A stretch of DNA of 64,000 bases from the human T2T-CHM13v2.0 reference genome, Homo sapiens: NCBI RefSeq assembly GCF_009914755.1, contig NC_060925.1, one strand, 5' to 3'. The notes under the pieces were generated by a model that saw only the letters and a list, made by a program, of their open reading frames with translations, was not told the DNA's origin and did no database searches. A program made the translations under genes and the position numbers. Below are positions 35,237 through 51,472 of the stretch, piece after piece (position 1 is the first letter of the stretch; each line of letters starts with the position of its first letter).

Positions 35237-35601
35237 TGTATTAGTCTGTTCTCACACTGCTATGAAAATACTGAGACTGGGTAATTTATAAAGGAAAGAG
35301 ATTTAACTGACAGTTCAGCGTGTCTGGGGGGGCCTCAAGAAACTTATAATCACGGCGCAAGGGGAAGCAAAGCACCTTCTTCACAAGGCAGCAGGAAGGA
35401 GAATGAATGCAGGAGGAACTACCACACACTTATAAAACCATCAGCTCTCCTGAGAACTCACTCACTGTCACAAGAACAGCATGGGGGAAACTGCCCCCAT
35501 GATTCAGTTACCTCCACCTGGTCTCTCCTTTGACACGTGGGGATTATGGGGACTACGATTCAAGATGAGATTTTGGGTGAGGACACAGCCAAACCATATC
35601 A
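35237..35601 (-). mobile_element. THE1 (THE1D-like) solo LTR, complete
   Basis: tgtattagtctgttctcacactgct...ggacacagccaaaccatatca, with TG...CA ends. Confidence 0.88.
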
Positions 35602-36652
35602 GGTATTAATGCCACAATTGTAGTTGTTCATTTACTTAGCTGCGTTCTTCACTAATTGCTAATATCATCAAAGGCAAGAATGGTCTTTTATCCATTTTTG
35701 TGTACATAGTATAAATATTTGTTAAATAAAGAAATGTATATATTCAAAATAAAATCAAAGCTATGTAGTTGAGTTTCAACCAATCAAAGTAACCACCAGC
35801 CAGCTTAAACTAAAAGGAGAATGTATTGTAAGAGTCCAGATGCCTCATGGACTCTTAAAAAAAGATCCATACAATAAGGCTCCAGAGATGGAACCAGGGC
35901 AGCTCTAGAGATGTCAGCAGAAGGGAATTCTGAACCCCTGTTTATCCTTGAGCATTCCCATTGGTAGTCTTCACATTGCACTCCTGATCTTTATATGTCT
36001 CTTCTAAATGTTAAGCCTCTGGGAGAGAGAATTTGCCCCAGACTGAGGCAGGCATCTGCCCCCTTTATCCAATCTGCTTGAGGGCAGGGCTGTTAGTACC
36101 TAGTGTAGACATTTTGGCCCATCCGAGGAATCACTGTGAGCTAGGTGGACACCCCAAGAAATGGCCCTTACATGAGGTAAATACTGATAGCTGGCCGACT
36201 ACAGGCAGCACAGCCTCACTAACTCATGGAAACAGCTCAGAAAGCATGGGGCGGTTTCCGTAATTCTGGTTTCTTTTTTCTGCCTTATTAAGATCACTTT
36301 TGTTCAACAGACATTTACATCACAGTACACCTACTCCCTGCCAGGTACCACACTACAAGCTGGAGATACGAAGTAATAAGATCTCATCCTTGTGCTCAGA
36401 GTGGGAGAAAAACCAGCACAAGTAATTTTAACAGAGCATGGCAAGTACAGCAATGAGGACACACATGCAGTGTTCCGTGCTCTGGAAAACAGGTCTCACC
36501 CTTATCTGTGGGAAAAGTCCGTTATCTCTCTCCCAGCAGCTCTTAAAGATAATTATAAAAACACCCACAAACAATTACAATTCCTGACTGTGTTCTCTTT
36601 GAGGCACTGGGGCCTAAGAAACTTAGGCTAATTATATGGAAAGGAAAGTTTC

Positions 36653-36953
<301 letters not shown>

Positions 36954-38094
36954 TTAATTATAAAGCAAACAGATGTCATTACTTATGAGAATCATAGGAT
37001 ATGAGGGCTCAAAGGTTCTCCAGATGTCATTCAGGCCCCACTGCTTGTCTGAAGTGTAAATGCCTTCTCTCCTTTGGTTGCCGTCTTCCTACTTTTCTCT
37101 TTAAAATAGCAGCTATGTCAGCTCTCCATGGCTTGATGCTGAGGGATGTGACCACTAACCATTAAGTAGATGATAAAGGATTATGAACTGTAACTTCTTA
37201 TAGCAGCTTTCTTCTTTTCAGTGAGAGTAATTGTCGGTTTTCTATTATGTAAGGTTAAAAAAATTTAATATGGACTTTAAAGGCCATTAAAGTCATACTA
37301 ATTTGTGAAAAAATCATTAAATTGTGAAGGAATAACTTGGCCAATTTGAGCTAACTTGGTTCAGTTCATCATGATCTCTCAATAAGAATTCATGTACAGC
37401 CATATTTTTAATGCCGGTAACCTTTGAAAGAGATATGAAAAGTCACCTATTTAATTACTGCCAAGTATACTCTGCGCTGTGAGTTCCAGATCTACAGCAG
37501 ACATGGCCTGTTGGCTTTCGGCCCTAAGCTGAGCTTTATTGTGGTGTTCAATGGGAGAAATTGAGTGGGAAAAGGAATTACGACTGGGAAAATACTGTTC
37601 TTTACCCACAAGTGATGGATTACTTTTTCTATATGTGAGCAAACTACTGAGGAATGGATTGTACTCCCTGAAAAACAATAGCCAAGCCATCTCTTAACAT
37701 AATAGTGTCTGCTCAAGGCACCTGAAATGCAGTCAGAAAAAACAGATGCGCTTGATACGCTATGTCACTTTATAGTTGTAGTTTTTCTCCCATTTGCTTT
37801 GGTTTGGTTCACGCCTAGATAGATAGTCTAAGAATCCAAAAAGCATAGAGCTTGAAATGGCACCTAGACTTCATGTCTTTATTTATACTGTGCTTCATTC
37901 CACAAAAAAAGTAACCAATTTAGGATTCTTAATAGTTAAGCTACTTACTTAAGGGTTTTAGAAACTGAGACTCTGAGAAGTGATTTCCCCAAAGTCACTC
38001 TGTTAGTTAGCGGCAGGGCTGGAACTGAGACTCCTACTTTTCTGTATCCTTATTGAAGAGAGTTGTCATTACATCCCACCCCAACCCACCCCAC

Positions 38095-39130
38095 CATTCA
38101 TTCATTTTTTTTTTTTCAATAACTATGTTAAGCACAAACACTTGCCAGGCACTGTGTTACCCCTAGATAGTGTCATAGGGAGTAGGATGGACATGAGTCC
38201 TGTCCTTGGAATGCTTCCCACCCAGAGAGAAATTCAGATTTGGAGCAAATGTTCACACAGATCAGTTAGGTAAAATATGAAAGGAGCAGACCTATAACAG
38301 CAATCATTGTCTAGGGTGCTATGAGCATATTAAGAAGGTCCTGGAAGGCTTGTTTTAGGAAATGACGTTTATGATGAGCTGTGAAGGAGAAATAGGAGTA
38401 AATCAGCCAAAGTATTTGTCAAGCAGAGCAGAAGAGAGTGGGGTAAGAGAAGACCCTGAGGCGGGTAGATCTCAGCTCAGCTAAGAAGTGGAAAGAAAGT
38501 CTGTGCAGCTGGACTGAGGCATAAGTGAGCAAGGGGAAGAAGCACTAGAGGGGGCCAGAGATGGGGGCTGGGACCTCAGAGCTTCCTTATCGACTTTGCT
38601 CTTGATCCTAAGTGCATTAAGAAGCCATAAGAAGGGGTTAGAAATATGATCAGTTTTATGTGTTAGAATCATAATAACTTTGCTGGGTGGAGAATGGGTT
38701 GGAGAGAAGATGTAACTGGGTTGCTCTTACATGCCGGTGAGAAATGATGATGGCTTATAGATAGGATAGGATGGAAAGAAGTGGAAAGATCCAAGATATG
38801 TTTTGAAGGTGAAATTCATGAGACTTAGTGGTTGGAAGTACAGATGAGGAAGATAATTTTCAAGAATGACCCCTGTTTCCTGGTTGAACAACTGGACAGA
38901 TGTTGTTGACATTTACTCTGGTGGAGAGAATTGGCTGTGGAACCATATGGTGAATGAGCGGGATAAAAAAGGTCTATTTTATTTGAGATGCGTGTAAGAC
39001 ATCTAGTGGAGATATAAAGTAACAGTTGGGTACACAGGTCCTAGTCCTAAGCTCAAAAGATTTAGGCTAAATATGTGAATTTGGAAGACATCCATATATA
39101 CAATAGTCTTTGAATTTAAGGGAAGGGAAT
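38095..39130 (-). mobile_element. L2 element
   Basis: cattcattca...ccaggcactgtg, then purine-rich L2 body (gagaaatgatgatggctt, agacatctagtggagat). Confidence 0.7.
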
Positions 39131-39144
39131 AATTCACCTAGTTA

Positions 39145-39471
<327 letters not shown>

Positions 39472-40472
39472 TTAAATCACCAAGGGAGGAATGGTCTCCT
39501 AATCCAATTGGTGAAAAGTAAAGCATAAAATGGGGTTGGATTTCGAATGCCCTCCCAAGTCAGGCAATAGCTCTTCTATATACATGGGTCATATGGAGAG
39601 AAATCTGCGAACAGTCTAAGAACTTTACATATCAGCAGGAAGCATTGTTTGTGAGCTTCCTTGGTTTATATTGTGAAACATAAAATCAAACTTCACATAA
39701 ATCTTGAGATAATTATGTTGGTTGTGCATCATAATGGGTATAATGACTATAAAGGATAGTCATTATCTCCCACAGACCACTGCCAACCATTTGCTAGTAA
39801 TGTGGTGAAAATAGGTCCAGATAATCAGAACCAGTATTATAGGTTCTGATCACCCTGGTGATGAGGTTTCAGCTGCCATCTACTCTACTCCATTGGGATG
39901 AGGAGGAGGAGAATTCACCTACCCACAAAGCATTGTCTGTCTGGAGCTCTGCCCTCCCCCTCAATCACTCCTCCTCATACTCCACCTTGCAGCCCTATTG
40001 TAGACACCCCATCATCCTTCATTTGGCAAAACAAAGTTAGAAGCCAAGTGAGGAGGCTGGGATCCTTTCCAGTTCAAAGAACAAAACGCCCCAGACATTA
40101 ATGGGGCCTAAAGGTTGCACATGGCCATTTGAAAAATTTATACTCTGCAGTGCTGAAAGAGCCAAAGCCTTTCCAAACTTATCCTCTGCAGCACCTGACT
40201 TACTAAGTGGGATTTGAGTAACTCCTAGCATCATCACTCTTTGTCACTAATAATTGCATCTTAGTATCCTTTGAGCTACACATATTTTTTATGCATAGTA
40301 ACTTTGCATGCTTGGAAGCTATATATATGGAAGCTATATATTTATATATATATATTTAATTCTATGATGCTGTGTGTGCATTTTCAACTGAGAACTGAGG
40401 AAGTATTTATAATTTGAGCCAGGAACTTAGCATTTACTGTGTACTGATTCTGCCTATTTTAACACTTCACAG

Positions 40473-40545
40473 AAACGAGGATGCAGTCAATCAGATGGCC
40501 GTTACTCCCTTTCCAGTGCCATCAAGTTCTCCATCTTCTATTGAG
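40473..40545 (+). CDS. PATJ: PATJ internal coding exon, 73 nt (A + [24 protein letters not shown])
   Basis: Acceptor cacttcacag|A and donor ATTGAG|gtaagg. AG+A makes an Arg codon across the junction, giving ...[15 protein letters not shown], as in PATJ. It ends in phase 0. Confidence 0.96.
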
Positions 40546-41306
40546 GTAAGGTTGTTTCTAATTAGCTCTTAGTATATTAGATGGATTTGTCATGAGCATT
40601 TTCCCCCAATCTGACATTTTTGATATTCAGTATTTGGTATTCCAAACTCGTGGAAAATTTCCCTAACCAAAATGGAAAGTATTGAGGTATTGATTATAAA
40701 GTAACTTTTTAAGTAAATATATTAGAACCTAACCATATAAGTATTACCTTCCTCAAAGTTGCTCAAGGTCTCCTCTAAATATATAATTTTGTCCTAATTG
40801 AGCATTTCAGAATTTACAAGAAAATTCTCTTTGTTTATGACTGAATTGTACCCCTTTCTTTATGGTTTTGAAATACTTTAATACCTGTGATCAAGGTGTC
40901 TTTAAATAATTGCTTTCATCTGTGAATGGCGAAATTACTAGCATAATAAGATTGCTGTAATATTGGTCAGCTTCTGGAGTAGATAGATAAATAATTGTGT
41001 AATCAGTTTGTGTCCCCAGCTGAGGGGATATTCCTTCTCTTCTCATTTTATATTAATTGAATTATTTTTTAACTCCAAAAAGAAATACATACTTATTGTT
41101 ACTAATTAAATAGTGCAGGGTTATTCAAAGAAATCTTAATTTTTCTTTCACTACCTCCCTAAGGAAGTTAACGTTCACTATTCAGTATCTTTTCATACTT
41201 TTTTCTTTGTTTCTACAGTAAACATAAATAGCTATATATAGTGTCCCTTTTAATAAAAATGTGATTGTGCAATACACATTATTTTTATTCTTTCAACACG
41301 TGTTCA

Positions 41307-41880
41307 GGGTTCTGGGCCGGGGTGGACGGTGGGTGGGATGGAGGCGACCTTGGAGCAGCGCATAGAAGATACAATGAAGAATCCCTCCATTGTTGGAGTC
41401 CTGTGCACAGATTCACTTAATCTGGGTTGCCATGGGACCCTGTCAGATGAGCATGCTGGAGTGATATCTGTTCTAGCCCAACAAGCAGCTGAGCTAACCT
41501 CTGACCCCACTGATACTCCTGTAGTGTGTCCAGCATCAGATAATGGGAACATTATGATCCAGAAGCATGATGGCTTCACAGTGGCAGTACACAAAATGGC
41601 CTCTTGATGGCTCGTATCTGTTCTTCAGCAGCCTGTCATAGGAACTCCATCCTACCTTTGTTAATTGTCTTGTAGAACTACTAAAGTTCCAGTAGTTAGG
41701 CCATTCATTTAATGTGCAGTGGGCACTTTTCTATTTACTTAAGAGTAAATTGCTTTTTAACACTATGGACTGACCTATCAAAATATTAGTAAGAAAGGAT
41801 CATGTTTTGAAGCAGTTGGTCCAGGTCACTTTGTGTATAGAATTTTGCTATATCCAATAAATCTGTTAGGAGGAAAAAAA
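41307..41880 (+). pseudogene. LAMTOR5P1: LAMTOR5 (HBXIP) processed retrocopy, probably LAMTOR5P1; ORF 41338-41607 is open (89 aa)
   Basis: Intronless [31 protein letters not shown]...HKMAS*, 3'UTR, AATAAA at 41856-41861 and short A-tail. TSD AACA(C/A)GTGTTCA at 41295-41306 and 41881-41892. The symbol is from memory. Confidence 0.93.
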
Positions 41881-42125
41881 AACAAGTGTTCAATGAGTGC
41901 ATATTATTTGTTAAGCACTCTTTTAGGCATTAGAGATCTAGGTGTGAATAAAACTAAGGCTTCCTACCAATTTGTTATCATCTTTCTCTCTTCATGGTTG
42001 AAGACACAAAGATACAAATTAAGAAATAAATAAACCAAAAGAATTATCATATAGTGGGCAGTGCCTTGGAGAGAATTAACGTGGGGAATGTGACCTCTTT
42101 CCTGAGTTACAGAGAAGGCTACTTG

Positions 42126-43001
<876 letters not shown>

Positions 43002-43324
43002 CTTGGGCAAGGTAAAATTTAAATAAGATAAAAATTAAAAGAAAAAGCCAGACATTCAAAAATAAGAGGGAGGAGCCTTCCCTGCTGAGAGGACAGAAAT
43101 AGCTCTCAGGTGAGAATGAGCTGGGGCGTGTTTGAGGAATATGGCTGGAAGCATCTTAGAAGCTGGGAGAGCAGTGAAATATGAGACAAGAGGGAGAGAA
43201 AGGCTGTGTAAGTCAGAGTTAGAAGGTTGGGTTTTATTCTAGATGCAGTAGAAGCCACTGGAAGGATTTAAACAGGGGAGTGAGGTGACCTGATACGTAG
43301 TTTTTAAAGGATCCATTTGGCTAT

Positions 43325-43881
43325 TTAGGGGAAGAAAAATAACTTTTTTCTTCAACCCTCATAGGTTCTTAGTTGGAATGGACCCTTGAAACAAAAGATA
43401 GATTAACAAGAGCAAAACAAACAGAAGTTTAATGACATATGTGTTTCTTATATACATGGCAAACACTCAGGGAATGAGTAGTTCTCAATGAGATAGATTT
43501 AAATTCTAGCTTAAATAGCATCTTTAACAAAAATGGTAAATGTTTAGAGAAATGACAAGACAAAGGAAGAGGACTTTGTCTCTAGGGGTGGCAACTTGAG
43601 GGAAGGCAAACAACTGGCAGATAAAGGCTAGTTGGTATAGCTTGCTCATGTAGATTCCCCTGGTGCCATCTCCAGGGGATAAACATTCTGTGTTACCTTC
43701 AGGGGTTAACCTTTGCTCTCCCTGATTCAGAGGGAGGGGGATACCTTTGTCTTTATATATGTATGTCCTGCTTTTAGACAAATAGAGGGAGAGCAGAGGG
43801 TTTTCCTGCATCTGCTTCTTCCTAATTGCCTTCAGCTCATGGATCCTTCCTTTTTAGAATGGCATATTCTCATCTCCCACA
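43325..43881 (-). mobile_element. MER34-like ERV1 solo LTR
   Basis: The minus strand starts TGTGGGAGATGAGAATATGCCA, as I recall for the MER34 group; it interrupts L2-like sequence. Confidence 0.55.
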
Positions 43882-44244
43882 GCTGCTAGGTAGGGAGTGG
43901 GTTGGTGGGAAAGTAATATGGTAAAAGGCAAAAGCTCCAGTGAGGCCCTAATGTGGCTTGGATGAAGCGTTGGTATTGGAAGCAATGAAAAGTGAGCAGA
44001 TCCTTGATGTTTTGGAGGTTGAGTCAAACTTGATTAATTAAACGAGGGAGCTGAGGGGAAGTAGAGAGTCATGGATAAACCTAGATTTTTGGCTTGAGCA
44101 ACTGGGTAGATAGTGGTACTATTTACTAGAGTCTTTCAAAGAATAGCTGTTCTGAAAATTTAGAAGACTGATTTTATTTTTAAAACAAGCAGGCTAGTAT
44201 GTAAAATAAAAAGTACAAGCTAGTATGTAAAATAAAGCAGGCTA

Positions 44245-44520
44245 GGCCGGGCGTGGTGGCTCACGCCTGTAATCCCAACACTTTGGGAGGCCGAGGCGGG
44301 TGGATCACGAGGTCAGGAGATCGAGACCATCCTGGCTAACATGGTGAAACCTCCTCTCTACTAAAAAATAGAAAAAATAGGCTGAGACAGGAGAATGGCG
44401 TGAACCCGGGAGGCGGAGCTTGCAGTGAGCCGAGATCGTGCCACCGCACTCCAGCCTGGGCGACAGAGAAAGACTCCATCTCAAAAATAAATAAGTAAAT
44501 AAATAAATAATAATAATAAG
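44245..44520 (+). mobile_element. AluY with internal deletion at the start of the right arm
   Basis: Diagnostic gatcgagaccatcctggctaac and gagaatggcgtgaacccggg. TSD AAAATAAAGCAGGCTA at 44229-44244 and 44521-44536. Confidence 0.92.
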
Positions 44521-45145
44521 AAAATAAAGCAGGCTAGTATGTAAAAAATATGTAAAGTATAAATAATGCCAGTCTTAAGTTTCAAGAACATTATCACGTA
44601 TCTTAATCAAATTTGTGTGCCATTATTTGTATTTCATTTTCAAAAATAATGAAATCACATTAGGCATTTAAATGTATAAATAAATAATAAATCCCTTTCT
44701 CTAACAGCATATGCTATGCGGGCGATGTTTCTATTGAACCATCACAATTTGATTATATTCTAGAGAGGGCTTTTTAGTTCCACTCTGGACTGTTGGCTGT
44801 GGTAACTGCTACCAAATGATGAATGCCACCCCTCCTGTGGGCGGTATGTGAAGAGGACGCATATCCCTGACCACTTTCTCTTCCTTTCCCATTTGCCTAT
44901 GTGGACCCTCTTAGTATATCTTTTTCCCCCTTAGATGTTTCTATTGAGTACTAAAGCATAACTCATACCCAGCATATGGCTAAAAGAGACAGCCCATTCA
45001 AATCATAACCAAATAGATGAAATAGAGCCATATCATTATTAAATTGGACCTGATAATAATAATTCAGTATTATTAAGTAGCAGTTTTATTATATGTTAAT
45101 GGTATCTCATATTTATTTCTTTGTTCAGCAAATGCTTATTGAGCT

Positions 45146-45440
<295 letters not shown>

Positions 45441-45544
45441 TGTCACTGAGCCCTTATTATGTGTCAATGTTCTAGACCCGAAGGGTATCGCAGAGAACAA
45501 AATTGTTTCATGCAGTTCTGTGCTAGTTGAGTGAGCAAGAGTGC

Positions 45545-46045
45545 TAATAAAACACTGAGCAAGAATTCTGACTATGTGGGTTTTGGTTTTGGCTCTACCA
45601 ATTACCTGTGGGCATACAACCTTGGTAGAGGCAGTTAACCTCCCAAAGTCTGTCTTTTTCTGTAAAGCCAGGTTAATAGCCTCCTCTGCCTGTGTCAAAG
45701 GGTAGTTATGAGGGCCAGGTGTAAAAATATTTTATTCCTACAGCTATATATATTTATAAGGGATTATGATGCAGTGCTTGTGGTAATTATAATACCATTG
45801 GCACAATTCTACAGCATAGTGATGTGAACATAAGCTTGGATGTCAGACAGAGCCAAGTCTCAATCAGTGTTCTACCATTTACTAGCAGAGTGAACTTGAG
45901 CCAGTTATGCTCTATAAACTTCAATTCCTCACATTTAAAATGGGTCTGATAATAATAATTAATTCTATGGACTTGTTAGAAGTATTAAGTAATGTTTATA
46001 AAAGGCTTAGCACTATTCCTGGCACATGATAAGACCTCATTTTTG
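45545..46045 (+). mobile_element. Two MIR elements
   Basis: ggctctacca...accttgg...ttaacctc and tctaccatttactagc...aaaatggg...cttagcac. Confidence 0.6.
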
Positions 46046-46134
46046 TTGTGATTGTACTTATATTATCACAGCCCTCTAGTAGAACTCCCAGCCTCCAGCA
46101 TCTTCCATTTTTAATAGTTACATACAAAACAGGA

Positions 46135-46835
<701 letters not shown>

Positions 46836-47308
46836 TAAATCCCAGAGGGTCTGAATTTCATTCTTTGGTTTCGGAGCTGTTGAAGGCATTTTGAACAATG
46901 AAACAATCTGATCAAGGCTGTACTCCAGAAAGATTAGTCTAATAGCAATGTTAAAGACATCTTGAAGAGGGAAACCCAATTAAGAAGCCATTGCTGTCGT
47001 CTAGTAAGAGGTACTGAGGGCTCAAATAACTTGGGTTCCGACATACTTATTCCATTTATTGACAGGACAGCCTAAATCTTTTAGAATATCTTCAATACAA
47101 ACAAGGACCTCCTTTTTGCTTTCTTAGAAGTTGTGTTTTTTAAAGTACTAACTGAGATGGAACAGGCCTCATAAAGATCAGGGAGGTTGATCATGCAGGG
47201 AGTTCCATTAGCATAATTTCCATTTTATTTTAATTTTGCCTTGCCTTTCTAGAATTCTGAGCAGCCTAGTAAATAAGCTCATGTTTGGGGTTAGAAGAAA
47301 GAAATTCA

Positions 47309-47748
<440 letters not shown>

Positions 47749-48414
47749 TCAATCCACAATAACATCCTTAACGAATTTAACTTTTATTGAATGCCTACTC
47801 TCAAATAAAATAGCATTCTTGCTATCAAGATTCGCTGTTCAGTTTGAAGAAAATTATAGACAAATGGTGGATATAAAAAAAAGGAGTTTAAAATAATAAG
47901 CATTATCACTTCTGCAATCACTTATGTGGAAGATTTTGGGAGAGCCCAGGGGAGGGAATTTGGAACTTCCTAAAGGTCTGAAAAAGACTAACCTCAGTAG
48001 GGGTTGATCTGCAAACCTTACAAGTCTTGCCTTTTCTGTTTGTTCATCTACAAAACATAATTGACTGTGGAATCCACTGACTGTGATCTCATAGGGAGAA
48101 GTTGTTCTCCTTAAGCTGCCTGGCTGAGCAGGCAGCTTTGGACAGGTGGTTTGAAGATCAGCAAGAGACGACAGGAACACCCAGCCATCCGGATTAGCTG
48201 AGTCATCTTGGGTGTCAACTGGCCCCCATCCGTCAGCCAGATGGTCCTCAAACCACTCTAATTCACTCGTGCCTTAGAAATCACGCTGCTGACCTGTTTT
48301 CCCTTTCCCATATCAGACTCTTGGCTATTTTCCAAGCTCCTGGTGAGTGGGGTATTTTGAAGACTCCTTACCTCATGAGCCATTCTGTTCTCAGAGCAGA
48401 ATCCACATTGTTGT

Positions 48415-48769
<355 letters not shown>

Positions 48770-49731
48770 TTATGTTCTGTACCTCATTTTAGCATAAACA
48801 TTACAACTTTAGCTCTACTTGTAATGTAACATGAATGTGAACATCAAACTGTTACAGACTTTAGCTCTCCTAGAAAGTAAATGCTTTATTGCTATCCTCC
48901 CTCAATTCCAACTTCCTTTTTGCCTGACTCCCAACTCCATCTAGATTTGGACTTCAAACCCTCCTCTACGGAGTCATCTCAGACTAAGAGGAAAAGTGGG
49001 GAGGCGTAGTACAGTTAAAAAGAGTATGGAATTTGAAGTAAAACAGACCTAGGGTGAAAAATGAATCAGGCAGTGGGAATGAATGAGGCCCAGATGCTCG
49101 ATTCAAGGATCTTTCAGTCCCGTCAGGGAGATCAGTTCTGTACATGCATAATTAGGATACAAAAGAGATGAATGTTAAGTGACAGAGGAGGTTCAGGTAG
49201 AATGTTACAATTTAGAGGAAGGAGAGATGTCCCCCAGGTAAGGAGAAGGAAAAGATACAATGGAACAAGTGACATTTGAGACCTGGCTTTGAATGATAAA
49301 TTCTGCTTCATTTGATCCTCTAGTTTCTAAGTGTGGGATGTGGTGTAGACATAGAGAGTATTTTTTGTTTCTATTCACATCTTAAAGGATGCATAGACTA
49401 TTTGGAACCTAGACTGCTTTGCCCATGTTTTCTTAAATTTTACAGGTTGACGCATCCCTTAAACAGCTGTTTTCTCCTCTACTTTAGTATTCATTTTATA
49501 AAGACCAAGAATATCTTATCTTCAATATGCATATTGCTGAGAAATGTAAAAGTAAAGGTTCCTCTAATTTATTTAAGGAACGCTTTCCTTTCCCTAAGGG
49601 GACATGTGCATAATTAGATGAATGTTTTCAGCTGACGCCTCTTCATGTGAGAATCTCTCTCTTCTGGGACCAGAGGTGGTGGCCATTTGCAGGGTTACTA
49701 ACAGAACCTGTGGGTTCGTTCTACAGTCTAA

Positions 49732-50047
<316 letters not shown>

Positions 50048-50761
50048 AACATTGACTATTTCAAAGCTCCACTTGGCCACCATAACCTCGCCAGGCCTTC
50101 TTCAGGGGCTCCCACAGCTTGCAGAACTAGACACACTAAGGAATTTGGATATTACAAGTTTTCCATAGATTAAATACTGATTTTTAAAGAGTAATTCCTT
50201 TGTTCAGAATTTCTGTTTCTAACACTTACATTACCACTGTCAAAAATGCTGAAAATCTGTATGTTTTCAAGATGTATTAACTTGGGTATGTTTATTTCAC
50301 ATGGTAACTCCTTGATTATCCAAAATTCACTGAGAAGAGGATGTTCTATCTAATACAATTTTCTGGTTAAAAAAATCCTAAGACATGTTTTAGAAAATCC
50401 ATGGTCTATTAACAATAATTGTTTGAAAGATTGTGAGTCTTATCTTCTGTAAGATCAGTTGTCAACACTCAATACTGAAAAGGAAGAACGAGAGAGAAAT
50501 GAGAGCATCATTTATTGAGGGCCTAGCATGGCCCTTTCCCAGCTTTGAATCTTAGATCTACCTTTTACTGCCTGGAGTTGTTTAGCAAGTGATTTAAAAT
50601 GTATCATTATCCTCATTTATGAATTGGGATCATGGTGGTACATTCCCCTAGCAGGTTATTAGGAAGACTGTATGAGATAGTGCAAGAATAAAGAATCTGC
50701 TTCAACAAAAAGCTAGAAACAGTTCTGTCAAATTCACATGGAAACAAAGAAAGAAAGAAAA

Positions 50762-51119
<358 letters not shown>

Positions 51120-51245
51120 TTAACTGTACCTGGTGTTATGCAAATGGATATTTTACATATTAACTCATTAATCTTTTAAAGCAACCTTATAGGGTAGTAT
51201 TTTTAATCTGGTATTTTATCTGCACTTTAAAAACAAGTTAAGTTA

Positions 51246-51472
51246 CAGGTGATCATCCCAAATTTGAAGTTAGAAATGCTCCAAATTCTGAAACTTGTTG
51301 AGCACTAACATGATGCTCCAAAGAAATGCCCATTGAAGCATTTTGGATTTCAGATTTTTCATTTTGGTTTTGGGATGCTCAGCTGGTAAGTATAATTCAA
51401 ACATTCCAAAATCTGAAAAAATTTGAAGTCCAAAACATTTCCAAGCATTCTGGATAAGGGATACTTAACCTG
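51246..51472 (+). mobile_element. Tigger4a (MER46A/Zombi)-like MITE inside a MIR
   Basis: ta|caggtgatcatccc ... gggatacttaacctg|ta: terminal inverted repeats with TA TSD. Confidence 0.8.

Noticed and set aside
38540-38560. CTCF-like motif GCACTAGAGGGGGC
   Set aside because: Imperfect match inside L2 sequence; not supportable without ChIP data.
40314-40356. ggaagctatatatat tandem duplication and TA tract near an exon
   Set aside because: Ordinary slippage product.
41304-41594. 96-aa antisense ORF over the LAMTOR5 retrocopy
   Set aside because: Shadow frame of the sense ORF with a non-ATG start and no independent support.
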